A stretch of 50,141 nucleotides of DNA from a virus (Duplodnaviria; Caudoviricetes), in the IMG/VR virus record IMGVR_UViG_3300030099_002171, positions 1-50,141 of that record; one strand, written 5' to 3'. The stretch's first letter is position 1, and every line of letters begins with the position of its first letter. Below, one piece after another: positions 1 to 9,238 of this stretch. Under the pieces are notes generated by a model. The model was not told the DNA's origin. It worked only from the letters and a program-made list of their open reading frames with translations, and did not search any database. Both the position numbers and the translations under genes were made by a program.

Positions 1-531
1 GGATCCAAAGGAACCCCAAGTAGAACCTAGATAACCTTCAAATCTACCCGTTGTTGAGTTATATCTTAGATAACCTGCTTCTGGAGACCCTGGCCTCTGT
101 GCGGTTGTACCTACAGGGACATGTAAAGAATCTGTTCGTGAACCTAAATCAAGAGATACCTCAGGAGTTGAATCACCAAAACCCATTTTATTACTTGATA
201 GGGTAATAGCGTTGCCAGAAAGGTTAAAAGTATCAACCACCCCAGCAGTCATTCTTAATTCAACTTTATCGCCCGAACTAAAAGCCCTAGCACTGGTGCT
301 TTCTTGAGCTCTAACTACAGTTAAATTTTGATTGCCCGCGTTACCAGAAGATTCAGTAACTTTTACTATTTCGTTGTTAGTATCATCATCAAGAGTGGCA
401 AAAAAGAAAGTAGCATTACTTGCACTTACAGCAGGAAATACACTACCCTCTGTGACTGGAATAGTAGTGGTAGAATCATTTACCCCACTCGATAATGTGG
501 TTTTGGCATTGTTCTTAAAAACAAGTCCCAT
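1..531 (-). CDS. Tail fibre protein, N-terminal part (runs off the window start; not in the ORF track)
   Basis: ATG at 531 with an upstream AGGAGG; reads MGLVFKNNAKTTLSSGVND...EIVKVT...LTVVRAQEST.ARAFSSGDKVELRMTAG and stays open to position 1. This is a typical phage tail-fibre N-terminus. Confidence 0.8.
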   Translation of the reverse strand, partial: MGLVFKNNAKTTLSSGVNDSTTTIPVTEGSVFPAVSASNATFFFATLDDDTNNEIVKVTESSGNAGNQNLTVVRAQESTSARAFSSGDKVELRMTAGVVDTFNLSGNAITLSSNKMGFGDSTPEVSLDLGSRTDSLHVPVGTTAQRPGSPEAGYLRYNSTTGRFEGYLGSTWGSFGS

Positions 532-549
532 AACAGTTAAGTCCTCCTA

Positions 550-975
550 TTAGCTGACTGTAACTGTCCAGGTAATTGTCATGGAGTCAGATGAACCTTT
601 GTTAACTACAGAAAATTCTGTACGGCAGAGTAAAGTACCGCTAGAAGAAGCGTTCAAAATACCTGCTTCTGTAACTGCTCCAGTACCCGTACCAGCTGCA
701 AAAGTAGCAACATAAGTTACTACAGCACTAGATACAGTGGTGCTTGTAAGAGCAACTCTTCCAAGTTCAGTTTCTAACGCAGTATCACTAGCTGCAGGGT
801 TAGTAGTACCAGAACCAATAGCCATGTGCGACATCGCAGTCGCTGAGGCATCCTTCATTCTAGAGGCTACATATCCTTTTCCAGCAGTAACAACAAGGTT
901 ATCAACTTCTTGCACGACTTCATCGTTAAGGGCAATTGATAACTTACCTTTTAGTTTTAACCCATCATTTATCAT
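550..975 (-). CDS. Virion structural protein (tail/collar associated)
   Basis: 141 aa, T/S/A-rich, NLVVTAGK...MAIGSG...VTEAGI pattern; lies in the tail cluster. Confidence 0.6.
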   Translation of the reverse strand: MINDGLKLKGKLSIALNDEVVQEVDNLVVTAGKGYVASRMKDASATAMSHMAIGSGTTNPAASDTALETELGRVALTSTTVSSAVVTYVATFAAGTGTGAVTEAGILNASSSGTLLCRTEFSVVNKGSSDSMTITWTVTVS

Positions 976-987
976 GTGTTAGCTCCG

Positions 988-2676
988 TTAATTTAATACA
1001 CTAGTGTTAAGCGCTGCAGTATTAAGTACACTGGAGGCACTAGATACAAGCACAACACTGAGCGATTCCGATATTGTAGCACTATCTGAAAGAGATTTGC
1101 TAAAAGTTAAAGATTGGATAGCTTCACTTAAATTAGGGGTGTCTGTAACCACCTGTCCCGGATTAACAAAAGGTGTATCTGACATGGTGACACTGTCTGC
1201 AAACGCTGTAGCAAAAGCCAATGCAGCCGATTCTGATATGCTTGGGGCATCATTAGGGAAGGGTTGAGTAGTTACAACTACCTGGTCTGTAGTAGTGCCC
1301 AAGGAATTATCACTAACAAAAAGTACGTTTCCTTTAACAATATTTATATCTGTTTGTAAATCATCACTAGCGCTAGCAGTATCGTCTAAGGTGTAAGCAT
1401 CAGATAAAGCTCTAACAAAACTAACCACCTTTGCCAAAGACTCTAACATTGTAAAATCTCCGCCACCTAACGAAGAATTAACTTCACCGCCCATACCACT
1501 GTGGTTAGTACAATAATAGAATAGTGTGCTAACAGTGTTATTACTAACCGCTAACCTAGTAAATGCACCTGAAGATCCAGGAGTTCCGTTTGTAGTTACA
1601 CCAGTAGTATATTCGCTTCCACCAGCATGGCTACCATTTGATGTTTCGCTAAACCTAAAAGGATGCCCTGAGTTACTTGAATCTGATTGATCAAAAGTAT
1701 ATGTGTTACCAGCTAATAAATGCACTATAGGAGTAATCACCCCATCTATATAGTATTTATTACCAGAACCATGGTTGTTTACACCGGTTGCTACAGTCAC
1801 TGCAAACGTAGTATCTCCCGTGTCTTGCATAGAAGTTTCAGCACCCATACCACTGTGCACAGTACAATAGTAGTGTAGATCAGGAGTAGAAGAACTTATT
1901 ACAATTCTAGTATAGGCTCCTGCAGACCCGGGCGTACCGTTTACAGTTACATCTGTAGTATATTCGCTACCAGAGTTGTGGGTTCCATTTCCTGTAGTAG
2001 AAAACCTAAGAAAATGTCCTGAATTACTTGAATCTGATTGGTCAAAAGTATAGGTAATACCTTCATTTAAAATTAATCCGGGACTAGGTAGCCCATCTAT
2101 ATAAAACTTATTACCCGATCCATAAACATTAGTGCCCGTAGCTACAGTAACTGTATATGTTTTAGTGGTTGGTGCTGCAACACCATCATCTACAACTTTA
2201 CCCACAGCTTTAGCCTCACTCTCTAAAACGGTTGTGGTATCGCCTTGTTCTGTAGAAAAAGCCAATGCTGCGGACTCACTTACAGTTGGTGTATCCGTAA
2301 ACGCTCGTACGTAAGTAACAACTCTAGCTAAAGATTCAGAAATAGTAGACGTATCAGACAGTCCTTTGCCTACGGTCAATACTGCTTCCTCACTAACGCT
2401 AGTTGTATCACTTGCTGGTTTAGAGAAACTAATAACAGGAGCATCAGTAAGTGAGATTGTAATTGCGTTTGGATGTCCTGAAGTAAAGAATAAGTCTTTA
2501 GAATCAGCATCTAAGAATATATTAGCTGCCGTTAAATTAACAAAAGTTAAATCTTGCTCTAAGCCAATAAAGCTTAAATCAGCTCGTATATTTTCAAAAG
2601 TAGTTACCGGCTCTAACGAGTCGGAATCTATGATAATTCTTAGATCAGTATGATCTACTGTAAATTTGAACGCCAT
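988..2676 (-). CDS. Virion structural/fibre protein with two tandem cupredoxin-like repeats
   Basis: 562 aa; repetitive SDxxxxSE backbone plus two copies of TYTFDQSDSSNSGH.xRFS...YYCTxHSGMG. Confidence 0.65.
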   Translation of the reverse strand: MAFKFTVDHTDLRIIIDSDSLEPVTTFENIRADLSFIGLEQDLTFVNLTAANIFLDADSKDLFFTSGHPNAITISLTDAPVISFSKPASDTTSVSEEAVLTVGKGLSDTSTISESLARVVTYVRAFTDTPTVSESAALAFSTEQGDTTTVLESEAKAVGKVVDDGVAAPTTKTYTVTVATGTNVYGSGNKFYIDGLPSPGLILNEGITYTFDQSDSSNSGHFLRFSTTGNGTHNSGSEYTTDVTVNGTPGSAGAYTRIVISSSTPDLHYYCTVHSGMGAETSMQDTGDTTFAVTVATGVNNHGSGNKYYIDGVITPIVHLLAGNTYTFDQSDSSNSGHPFRFSETSNGSHAGGSEYTTGVTTNGTPGSSGAFTRLAVSNNTVSTLFYYCTNHSGMGGEVNSSLGGGDFTMLESLAKVVSFVRALSDAYTLDDTASASDDLQTDINIVKGNVLFVSDNSLGTTTDQVVVTTQPFPNDAPSISESAALAFATAFADSVTMSDTPFVNPGQVVTDTPNLSEAIQSLTFSKSLSDSATISESLSVVLVSSASSVLNTAALNTSVLN

Positions 2677-3050
2677 TAATCAAAATCATCTCTTACTTTG
2701 AATTTGACTAAATCTTGTACGGTCTGTATTCCACCACCGCTTGTAGTGTGTTCTATTTCACCTTCATACGTTCCAGCAGCTGTCCAAGTACCAGATGGAA
2801 ATACTACTGCACAAGTTCCAGCAGAAGCATCTGTAATCGAAGCAGTTATCGTAGATAAAACTGTAGTCTTACCTACCTCACGTATTCTTAACTTAACAGT
2901 TGCACCCGATAAAGCAACCGGTGCCCATGTAGTGCTGTCATCTGGATCTAGAGTTTTACCGCTAGCAGCAGCGTTGCTATCTTTCAACGTAAAATTAAGT
3001 TGAGGTAAAGTGTCCCCAACCACTAGTTTTATTGTACTCGAATATGCCAT
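2676..3050 (-). CDS. Structural protein, BppU N-terminal-like beta domain
   Basis: 124 aa; VGDTLP...GTYEGEIE...FKVRDDF pattern; stop overlaps the next start. Confidence 0.5.
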   Translation of the reverse strand: MAYSSTIKLVVGDTLPQLNFTLKDSNAAASGKTLDPDDSTTWAPVALSGATVKLRIREVGKTTVLSTITASITDASAGTCAVVFPSGTWTAAGTYEGEIEHTTSGGGIQTVQDLVKFKVRDDFD

Positions 3051-3067
3051 AGTTACCTCATTATATC

Positions 3068-6000
3068 TTAAAACGATCCTGCAAAAGGATATAAATCTTT
3101 TACTTGAAAATCGCCTTTCAAAATATCTTCTACCCTTTGGGCTGTGGGACCGAGTATTGGAGTGTAGAACTCATCCCCAAATCTACCAGCCTCCATCATA
3201 GGAAATATCATAGTAAATGCTCCAAAAATACCAGCACGGTCTGCTGATTCTAATAAATATTCACTATAGTCCATATCATTGGTTCTAAATTTACTTGTGT
3301 CGAAAGCTAATGCGTCAGTTCTTTCATTGAAGTCTATTGCTCCTGTAACGGGTGAAAATAAAAATTTTATCAACTCTCTTAATTCCATACCGATCATCGC
3401 TAACGGAAGTAAAGAGGTTGCCGCATAAACAGCAGGCATAGCCGAAGTAGATATCTTACCGTCCCTTCTAAAAGTACTTTGAGTGTTTCTAACAACCCCA
3501 CCTACAATATTTTTACCGTAAGCATAAAAGAAAGATTTTAATTGAAAGATTAAAGCTGTATATGGATTAGAAGCCCAGATCGGTCTTTCTGCAGCGTTTG
3601 GTCTAACGATCGACTCCTCAACAAAACGTCCTATTGCTTGTTTTACCTTGTCTCCAGCTTTTGAATCAAAAGCAAAATTTGCAGCTTGTACTTGTTTCAC
3701 CTCAGCAGCAGTTACACCTAATTCTGCTAAATACTCTTTAGACTTAGCTGAATTGTCATTCGCATGTTTTATAAGAAACTGTTTACCCATACCAGCAGCA
3801 AATATTCTAGTAAAGTTGGTGTACCACTCTAATCCTGTATATTTAAAAAACTTTTGAGTATAGAATTTAGTTCTCTCCGTCATATACCCTAACTCACCAG
3901 CGTTGATATACATGTGAGCTATAGAATCAAACCCAACTACTCCTACATCCCTAGCAAACTGCTCCATCTCTTTTTTATCAGTAAAGTATTTACCCATTTC
4001 AGTTCTAAATGTTTTAGATAACAAAAACATTTCTTTTGAACGTAACGTAGGTCCAGCTAGATCAGGTAAAGAAGCTACCGTTGCAAAAGTTAAGTAAGTA
4101 GCTACATTTAATGCTAACAAATAACTTTGAGTCGTTCTAAGCCAACCCGGCATATCTAGCCCTGCTTTACCTAACATAGCTTGTACCGCTTTTCTTGCAT
4201 TAGCTCTTTTTTTAGGATCGGATATTCTATTAAGAACTACATGAGTAGCTTCCGCTCCGCTAATGATCGTTGGTTCGCCTTTTCTCTGATTAGCTTCATA
4301 TATCTCTTTTAAAGTACTAAACTCTGGCCCTAACCTATCTACATCTTTTTTTGACAGCTGGGTTTTTACAGACTGTCGGTATTCAGTTTTTTTAACAATA
4401 TTATCAATATACTTTCTAACCGCTTGGTGGGCAGGAACTAAGAGATCGATACCATCCCCGGTATCACGTAACTTAGTGTTATCTGTAATATTTTTAAATA
4501 AGTCTTTTCTTTCTTTTTGCATACCAATAGATATCTCAGATATGCCAGCAGTGTCCTCAAACACAGCATCAGTGGCTTCATTAAGACCAATCATTTTTTC
4601 TACAGCATCTTCTAGAACGTTTCTATCCTCAGTAGGATTAGCTTCTTGTAGAATATCTACTAATTTAGATCTAGCTGCAGGTTCGTTTTCTAATTTTGCA
4701 ATATCAAACTGTCTTGTAAAAAAGTAAGCATTTTTAAAATTCTTTAAGCCAGGCTCTCGAACTGCTACGTAGTTCTCCCAAAAGTCATCAAAATATTCTA
4801 ATACCTTCAAAGACTCTGGATAGGTAGGATTAGAACGTTGTGATTCAGGTAACGCTGCTAAAGCCTCTGCTTCTGCAAGAACTTGATCTACAAATGTCAG
4901 CTCTGCATCTGTTGGGTTAAACCCTTCAAAATTAAAAATTCCATAAAACTTACTTTGCCATTCATTTTGAATTAACGGGTATTTGTTAAAGTAACCCATT
5001 CTTTCTTGAGATTGAGAACGAGAATATAAAGCTCTGCCTAATCCAGGCGCTAGTCGTCTTAAATAATTATCAGCTGGAGCTAAGTACCTGTAGGTAAAGT
5101 CAGTAATATCTTTAGCCATTTGTGTTTCAGTAACACCGGTTAGTATTTTTTTCATCTGTGCTCCAAAACGCACAGCATTTTTTCTACCAACAAAGCTACC
5201 TATAAAGTTCTCTGCACCCGCCACCATGTCATCAATCTGAATTGATTGTTTTACAGATATTGGTATTTCTTCTGGTGTTAAACCGTTTTTGTACTGTTGA
5301 GTAATCCCATTCACATATTCATTAAACTGTGGGTTTATGCCCTGACCATACCTGTTTTGGATATCAGTATGTAACACGCCAAAAAATCTTTTGATTGCCT
5401 TAGCCAAACGATCAAAGTAACTGTATACCCTAGCACTAAGTTTATTTCTGCCTACAGTTTGAGCTTGATCCAATAAGTGCATAGACATTTGATCCGAGTA
5501 CCATTCCTCAAAACCAAACTCGCCATCATACTGTTTTACATTTTTCTTATCCCTATCTGCTAAAAAAGCCTTGTAGAGGGAATCAAATAAATTTTTGTTT
5601 TGTTTTAATCTATTTATTTCTTGTTTGTACAAAACATGCCCTAATTCATGTCCAAGTGCATAAGATAGAAGAATTTGACCCGCTATGCCTTCTTCGGTAC
5701 GAGTGACTTGATTAATATTGACAGAATTCTCATTTAAGATGATTACAGAGGCATTACCGAAACTAATAACTTTACCAAAGTTATCAGTATTACTTTGCAT
5801 CTCTGTTTGTTTTTGTTTTATTAAGTCGTTAGGAGATATTTCATTACCATTTGCATCCTTATAAGTTTTATTATCAAAAGCAAACTGCACATCCTCATTA
5901 GAACTAATAACAAATACTTTTCTTTTAGACTTAAAGGTGTTCGTAAATTTCTTACTAAGTCCCTCGATAAAAACTTTTCCAGATACGACAGAACCCGCTG

Positions 6001-9000
6001 CATCTCTTAAATCAAAGAGACTTGCAGCTCTATCGGAAGCCTCTATCCCTTCTTCTATAGTTACAGTAGGAGTAGGTTCTTGAAAAGGTGGTACTCTGGT
6101 CTGCGCTCTAGCTGCTTGTGCTTGTGCAGCTCTTCTAGTTTCCTGTGCCCTACGTCTACCAGTCGTTCTATCTACTACGTTACCTCTTCGTTGAACTGAT
6201 TCTGTAAAACCACTTTGAGTACTTTCTATATTTATTCTTGTAGAGGGTAATTTTCTATCGCCTGGATCTGTAGGGCCTTCGACCTCTACTGGCTGGTCTT
6301 GCATTCGTTCTAGTTCAGTTTGATCATCCGTTTCTATTTGTTGGCTAGAGTCAAACTCGGTTATGGCTATATCAGCAGAAGTCCTATAGTTTTCATTTGG
6401 CCCTTTGAATATAGCCATGTTACCGCCTTGAGCTTGGTATCTACTTTTAGCAACATCTACAACAGCTTGGTTTATGGGGGTATTTTGATTTTCTTCTTTT
6501 ACTTGCTCAAAGATAGTTCTAAATTGTTCTCTGTCTTGTTGGTTTGCTACAGGTTCAGTAGCTGGCCCTTGTAACAAAGCTTCAGCAGATACTGCTCCCT
6601 GTTGTCTGTTGACAATAGGTGTAGTCAGAGAAAGATTAGCTTGATCTACTGCATCTACAAAATTGCCATTCGCATCACGAACTTGTACAGCATACCCATT
6701 AGCTTTTAAAGTTTCTAATATAGGTAAAATAGTAGAAGCCAATGCTCTATCAAAAGTACCTGCGCTTGACACTGCTTCACTAAAAGCCTCTTGTTGAAAA
6801 GTTCTTAACCCGTAGTTAAGTAAAGTTTGCATATTTACGTCTACAGTCGAATTAGCAAAATCTACTCTTCTATTACCAAACCCTATTTTTGCAGGGGCAT
6901 TCGGATCTGTTACTTTTACTTGCCAGCCATCAGTTGCTTGCGTGCTGCTTCTGATAGCTTCTAAAACAGCTGTCGTTACGGCTACTTGTATTTGCGTTTG
7001 AGCATTTTGGTCAGCGTAAGTAAAAAAAGAAAACCTACTACTATCGTTAGGAGATGTCCCAATAACTAAATCTGGGTTTAATTTTTTTTGTTGGTTAAAC
7101 TGTCTTAATGCCGAACCACTCAATTGGTTTACAGGCTTTGGGCCAACCTCAGGGTTCCAAAAAGCTTTCTCTTCTGCAGTTTGTAATTGGTCTACGTACT
7201 CTTGCCTCAAACGTATAAGTTCTTGATCTTCCGCTTTTGTGCTATTCGGATCAGGGACAAAATTAGTTTTTGCATAACTTATAGGAGTTTCTTCCAAACC
7301 TTTTACTTGATTCGTTTTTTCATCAACAACTGTCCTTCTTATAACTTCAGGAGGTAGAGTTTGCTGATCCTCAGTTATTTCTGTTGTTGGTTCCGTAACT
7401 GCTTCCTCTTCTACTGTGCCCTCAGCCTGTGCTTGTTGTACTTCAGGGTCATCAAGATCAAAGTCCTCAAACATATTAGTCATATTTCTTTCTTCTATCG
7501 TCTCCGATATGGGTCTATCTGAGACTTGGGCATTAGGATAACGTTGTTCTAGTTCTTGCTTTACGCTATCTTTATTAGCACTGTCAGTTTTTTTAGTTGC
7601 AATAACTATACCTTCACTATTAGTAGCAGTTACTATAGTGTCTGCAGGTTCTGTTCCATTTATATCTTCTCCGTTTAGTAAAGTAGAAACGGCATCATTT
7701 ACAGCTTCAAAATTATTTGCATTGTTACCCGCCCCAGAAATATCTTTTTTATTTAATAAATTTCTTACAGGTTTAAGGGCTTGCTCTTCTCCAACAAGTA
7801 ATCCTCCTTGATGGGGTATAGAATCTAGGTTCTGAAACTTGGACAGACTGGTACCTGCGGGTACTTGATTAATGTTATCTATGCCAGGTAAAAATACCGC
7901 TGATTTTCCTGCCTCAATTTCTGCATTTATCTGAGTGGACGTTTTAGTAGAGAAAGTTTCTCCCTCACCCTTAGAAACTCTTTCATTATTTATTTGAGCT
8001 TCTACAGCTTGCCCTTGTTCTGTATACGCACGAGCTTGATTAATAATAGAAGTAGCGATTCCACCAGCTCCTCCACGAGCACCCCCAGCAAAAAAACCGG
8101 CAAAGCCAGCTTCCGCTAATCTTAGTTTAGCTTCAGCTGCTGTATATTTATCATCGATAGCGAACCTTTGGCCTATTTGTAAACCTTCTTGCGCTATCTC
8201 CGTTATACCTTCTGTTGTACCAGACACCGCAAAACCTTTACCTAAATCTGTAATTAAATTAGCAAACATATTTTTTTCAGGGCCTACAAACTTAGCAATA
8301 GCTCTAGATTCATCTGCTGATAACTTTGTTCCGTTGTTTATTTTTTTAACAATATCAAAAGCCGCTGCTTCTTTTGCAGTAAGAGAGGCTTCACCTTGTA
8401 ATTTAACTTTTTGATTTAACTTTGCTAAAGGTGTACCAGCCAACGCATTTTTTAGTAACGCATTAGCAAACACAACCTCTGAGGCAGTACCTAAAGCAGC
8501 TTGTGGTACACCTAAAAGTAAAGACTGGTACGCCTCTAAAGGTGTTAACTCCCTACCTGCTTCTTCAAATTCGGCTGCAGATTGTGCTGACCCTATTACA
8601 TACTCTTGACCAAAAGCTCCCGCTACACCACCACGTTTCATGTACTTAAGATATCCGTAGCCCTCATTCAAAATAGCACGTTCACTCGCTGAAAGCAGAG
8701 CAGGATTAGTTGCCGCTTTTTTAGCAGCTTCTTCATACATTTTGTTTACAGCAAATTTAGAACCTGCTCGAAGTGTAGTTTTACCTAATAAACCAACAGC
8801 AGCACCTCCAAAACCACTAGCGATAGAGCTAGTAGCCATAGGTGTAAATTGTCCTATTGATTTAACTACTTGGGTAAAAAAGCCTCCAACTGTGGGTTCG
8901 TTTAAAAAACTCTCAAAGGGTTGGATTTGATTAAAAACTTCAGACGAATACTCATCAAAACTATTAGCTATTGCTAGGCTGTTGTCTGCTTTTTGGGTAT

Positions 9001-9238
9001 CGCCTGTAAGAGTACTGCCTATAGCAGAAAATCTATTAAAGTCAGAAGTTAACTGTGCCGTACCCCCACGCACCGCATCAGCAAAAACTTGTCCTAAGCC
9101 CTGTGGCGCATAACTTATTTCTTCGGGCTCTTGTTCAACTCCTAGAGTTTGTTGGCCCAAACGATTTAAAGTTTGCCTACTTCTTGACTTAGCTTCTAGC
9201 TCTAAAAAAGCCTCGCTTAACTTCGAAACAGACGACAT
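3068..9238 (-). CDS. Giant internal virion (ejection) protein with a zincin-like HExxH motif
   Basis: 2056 aa; A/G-rich N-terminus; ALGHELGH...FEEW motif; last of the internal-protein series. Confidence 0.7.
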   Translation of the reverse strand: MSSVSKLSEAFLELEAKSRSRQTLNRLGQQTLGVEQEPEEISYAPQGLGQVFADAVRGGTAQLTSDFNRFSAIGSTLTGDTQKADNSLAIANSFDEYSSEVFNQIQPFESFLNEPTVGGFFTQVVKSIGQFTPMATSSIASGFGGAAVGLLGKTTLRAGSKFAVNKMYEEAAKKAATNPALLSASERAILNEGYGYLKYMKRGGVAGAFGQEYVIGSAQSAAEFEEAGRELTPLEAYQSLLLGVPQAALGTASEVVFANALLKNALAGTPLAKLNQKVKLQGEASLTAKEAAAFDIVKKINNGTKLSADESRAIAKFVGPEKNMFANLITDLGKGFAVSGTTEGITEIAQEGLQIGQRFAIDDKYTAAEAKLRLAEAGFAGFFAGGARGGAGGIATSIINQARAYTEQGQAVEAQINNERVSKGEGETFSTKTSTQINAEIEAGKSAVFLPGIDNINQVPAGTSLSKFQNLDSIPHQGGLLVGEEQALKPVRNLLNKKDISGAGNNANNFEAVNDAVSTLLNGEDINGTEPADTIVTATNSEGIVIATKKTDSANKDSVKQELEQRYPNAQVSDRPISETIEERNMTNMFEDFDLDDPEVQQAQAEGTVEEEAVTEPTTEITEDQQTLPPEVIRRTVVDEKTNQVKGLEETPISYAKTNFVPDPNSTKAEDQELIRLRQEYVDQLQTAEEKAFWNPEVGPKPVNQLSGSALRQFNQQKKLNPDLVIGTSPNDSSRFSFFTYADQNAQTQIQVAVTTAVLEAIRSSTQATDGWQVKVTDPNAPAKIGFGNRRVDFANSTVDVNMQTLLNYGLRTFQQEAFSEAVSSAGTFDRALASTILPILETLKANGYAVQVRDANGNFVDAVDQANLSLTTPIVNRQQGAVSAEALLQGPATEPVANQQDREQFRTIFEQVKEENQNTPINQAVVDVAKSRYQAQGGNMAIFKGPNENYRTSADIAITEFDSSQQIETDDQTELERMQDQPVEVEGPTDPGDRKLPSTRINIESTQSGFTESVQRRGNVVDRTTGRRRAQETRRAAQAQAARAQTRVPPFQEPTPTVTIEEGIEASDRAASLFDLRDAAGSVVSGKVFIEGLSKKFTNTFKSKRKVFVISSNEDVQFAFDNKTYKDANGNEISPNDLIKQKQTEMQSNTDNFGKVISFGNASVIILNENSVNINQVTRTEEGIAGQILLSYALGHELGHVLYKQEINRLKQNKNLFDSLYKAFLADRDKKNVKQYDGEFGFEEWYSDQMSMHLLDQAQTVGRNKLSARVYSYFDRLAKAIKRFFGVLHTDIQNRYGQGINPQFNEYVNGITQQYKNGLTPEEIPISVKQSIQIDDMVAGAENFIGSFVGRKNAVRFGAQMKKILTGVTETQMAKDITDFTYRYLAPADNYLRRLAPGLGRALYSRSQSQERMGYFNKYPLIQNEWQSKFYGIFNFEGFNPTDAELTFVDQVLAEAEALAALPESQRSNPTYPESLKVLEYFDDFWENYVAVREPGLKNFKNAYFFTRQFDIAKLENEPAARSKLVDILQEANPTEDRNVLEDAVEKMIGLNEATDAVFEDTAGISEISIGMQKERKDLFKNITDNTKLRDTGDGIDLLVPAHQAVRKYIDNIVKKTEYRQSVKTQLSKKDVDRLGPEFSTLKEIYEANQRKGEPTIISGAEATHVVLNRISDPKKRANARKAVQAMLGKAGLDMPGWLRTTQSYLLALNVATYLTFATVASLPDLAGPTLRSKEMFLLSKTFRTEMGKYFTDKKEMEQFARDVGVVGFDSIAHMYINAGELGYMTERTKFYTQKFFKYTGLEWYTNFTRIFAAGMGKQFLIKHANDNSAKSKEYLAELGVTAAEVKQVQAANFAFDSKAGDKVKQAIGRFVEESIVRPNAAERPIWASNPYTALIFQLKSFFYAYGKNIVGGVVRNTQSTFRRDGKISTSAMPAVYAATSLLPLAMIGMELRELIKFLFSPVTGAIDFNERTDALAFDTSKFRTNDMDYSEYLLESADRAGIFGAFTMIFPMMEAGRFGDEFYTPILGPTAQRVEDILKGDFQVKDLYPFAGSF

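Noticed and set aside
3068-9238. N4-like virion RNA polymerase
   Set aside because: Much shorter than N4 vRNAP and no polymerase motifs were recognised
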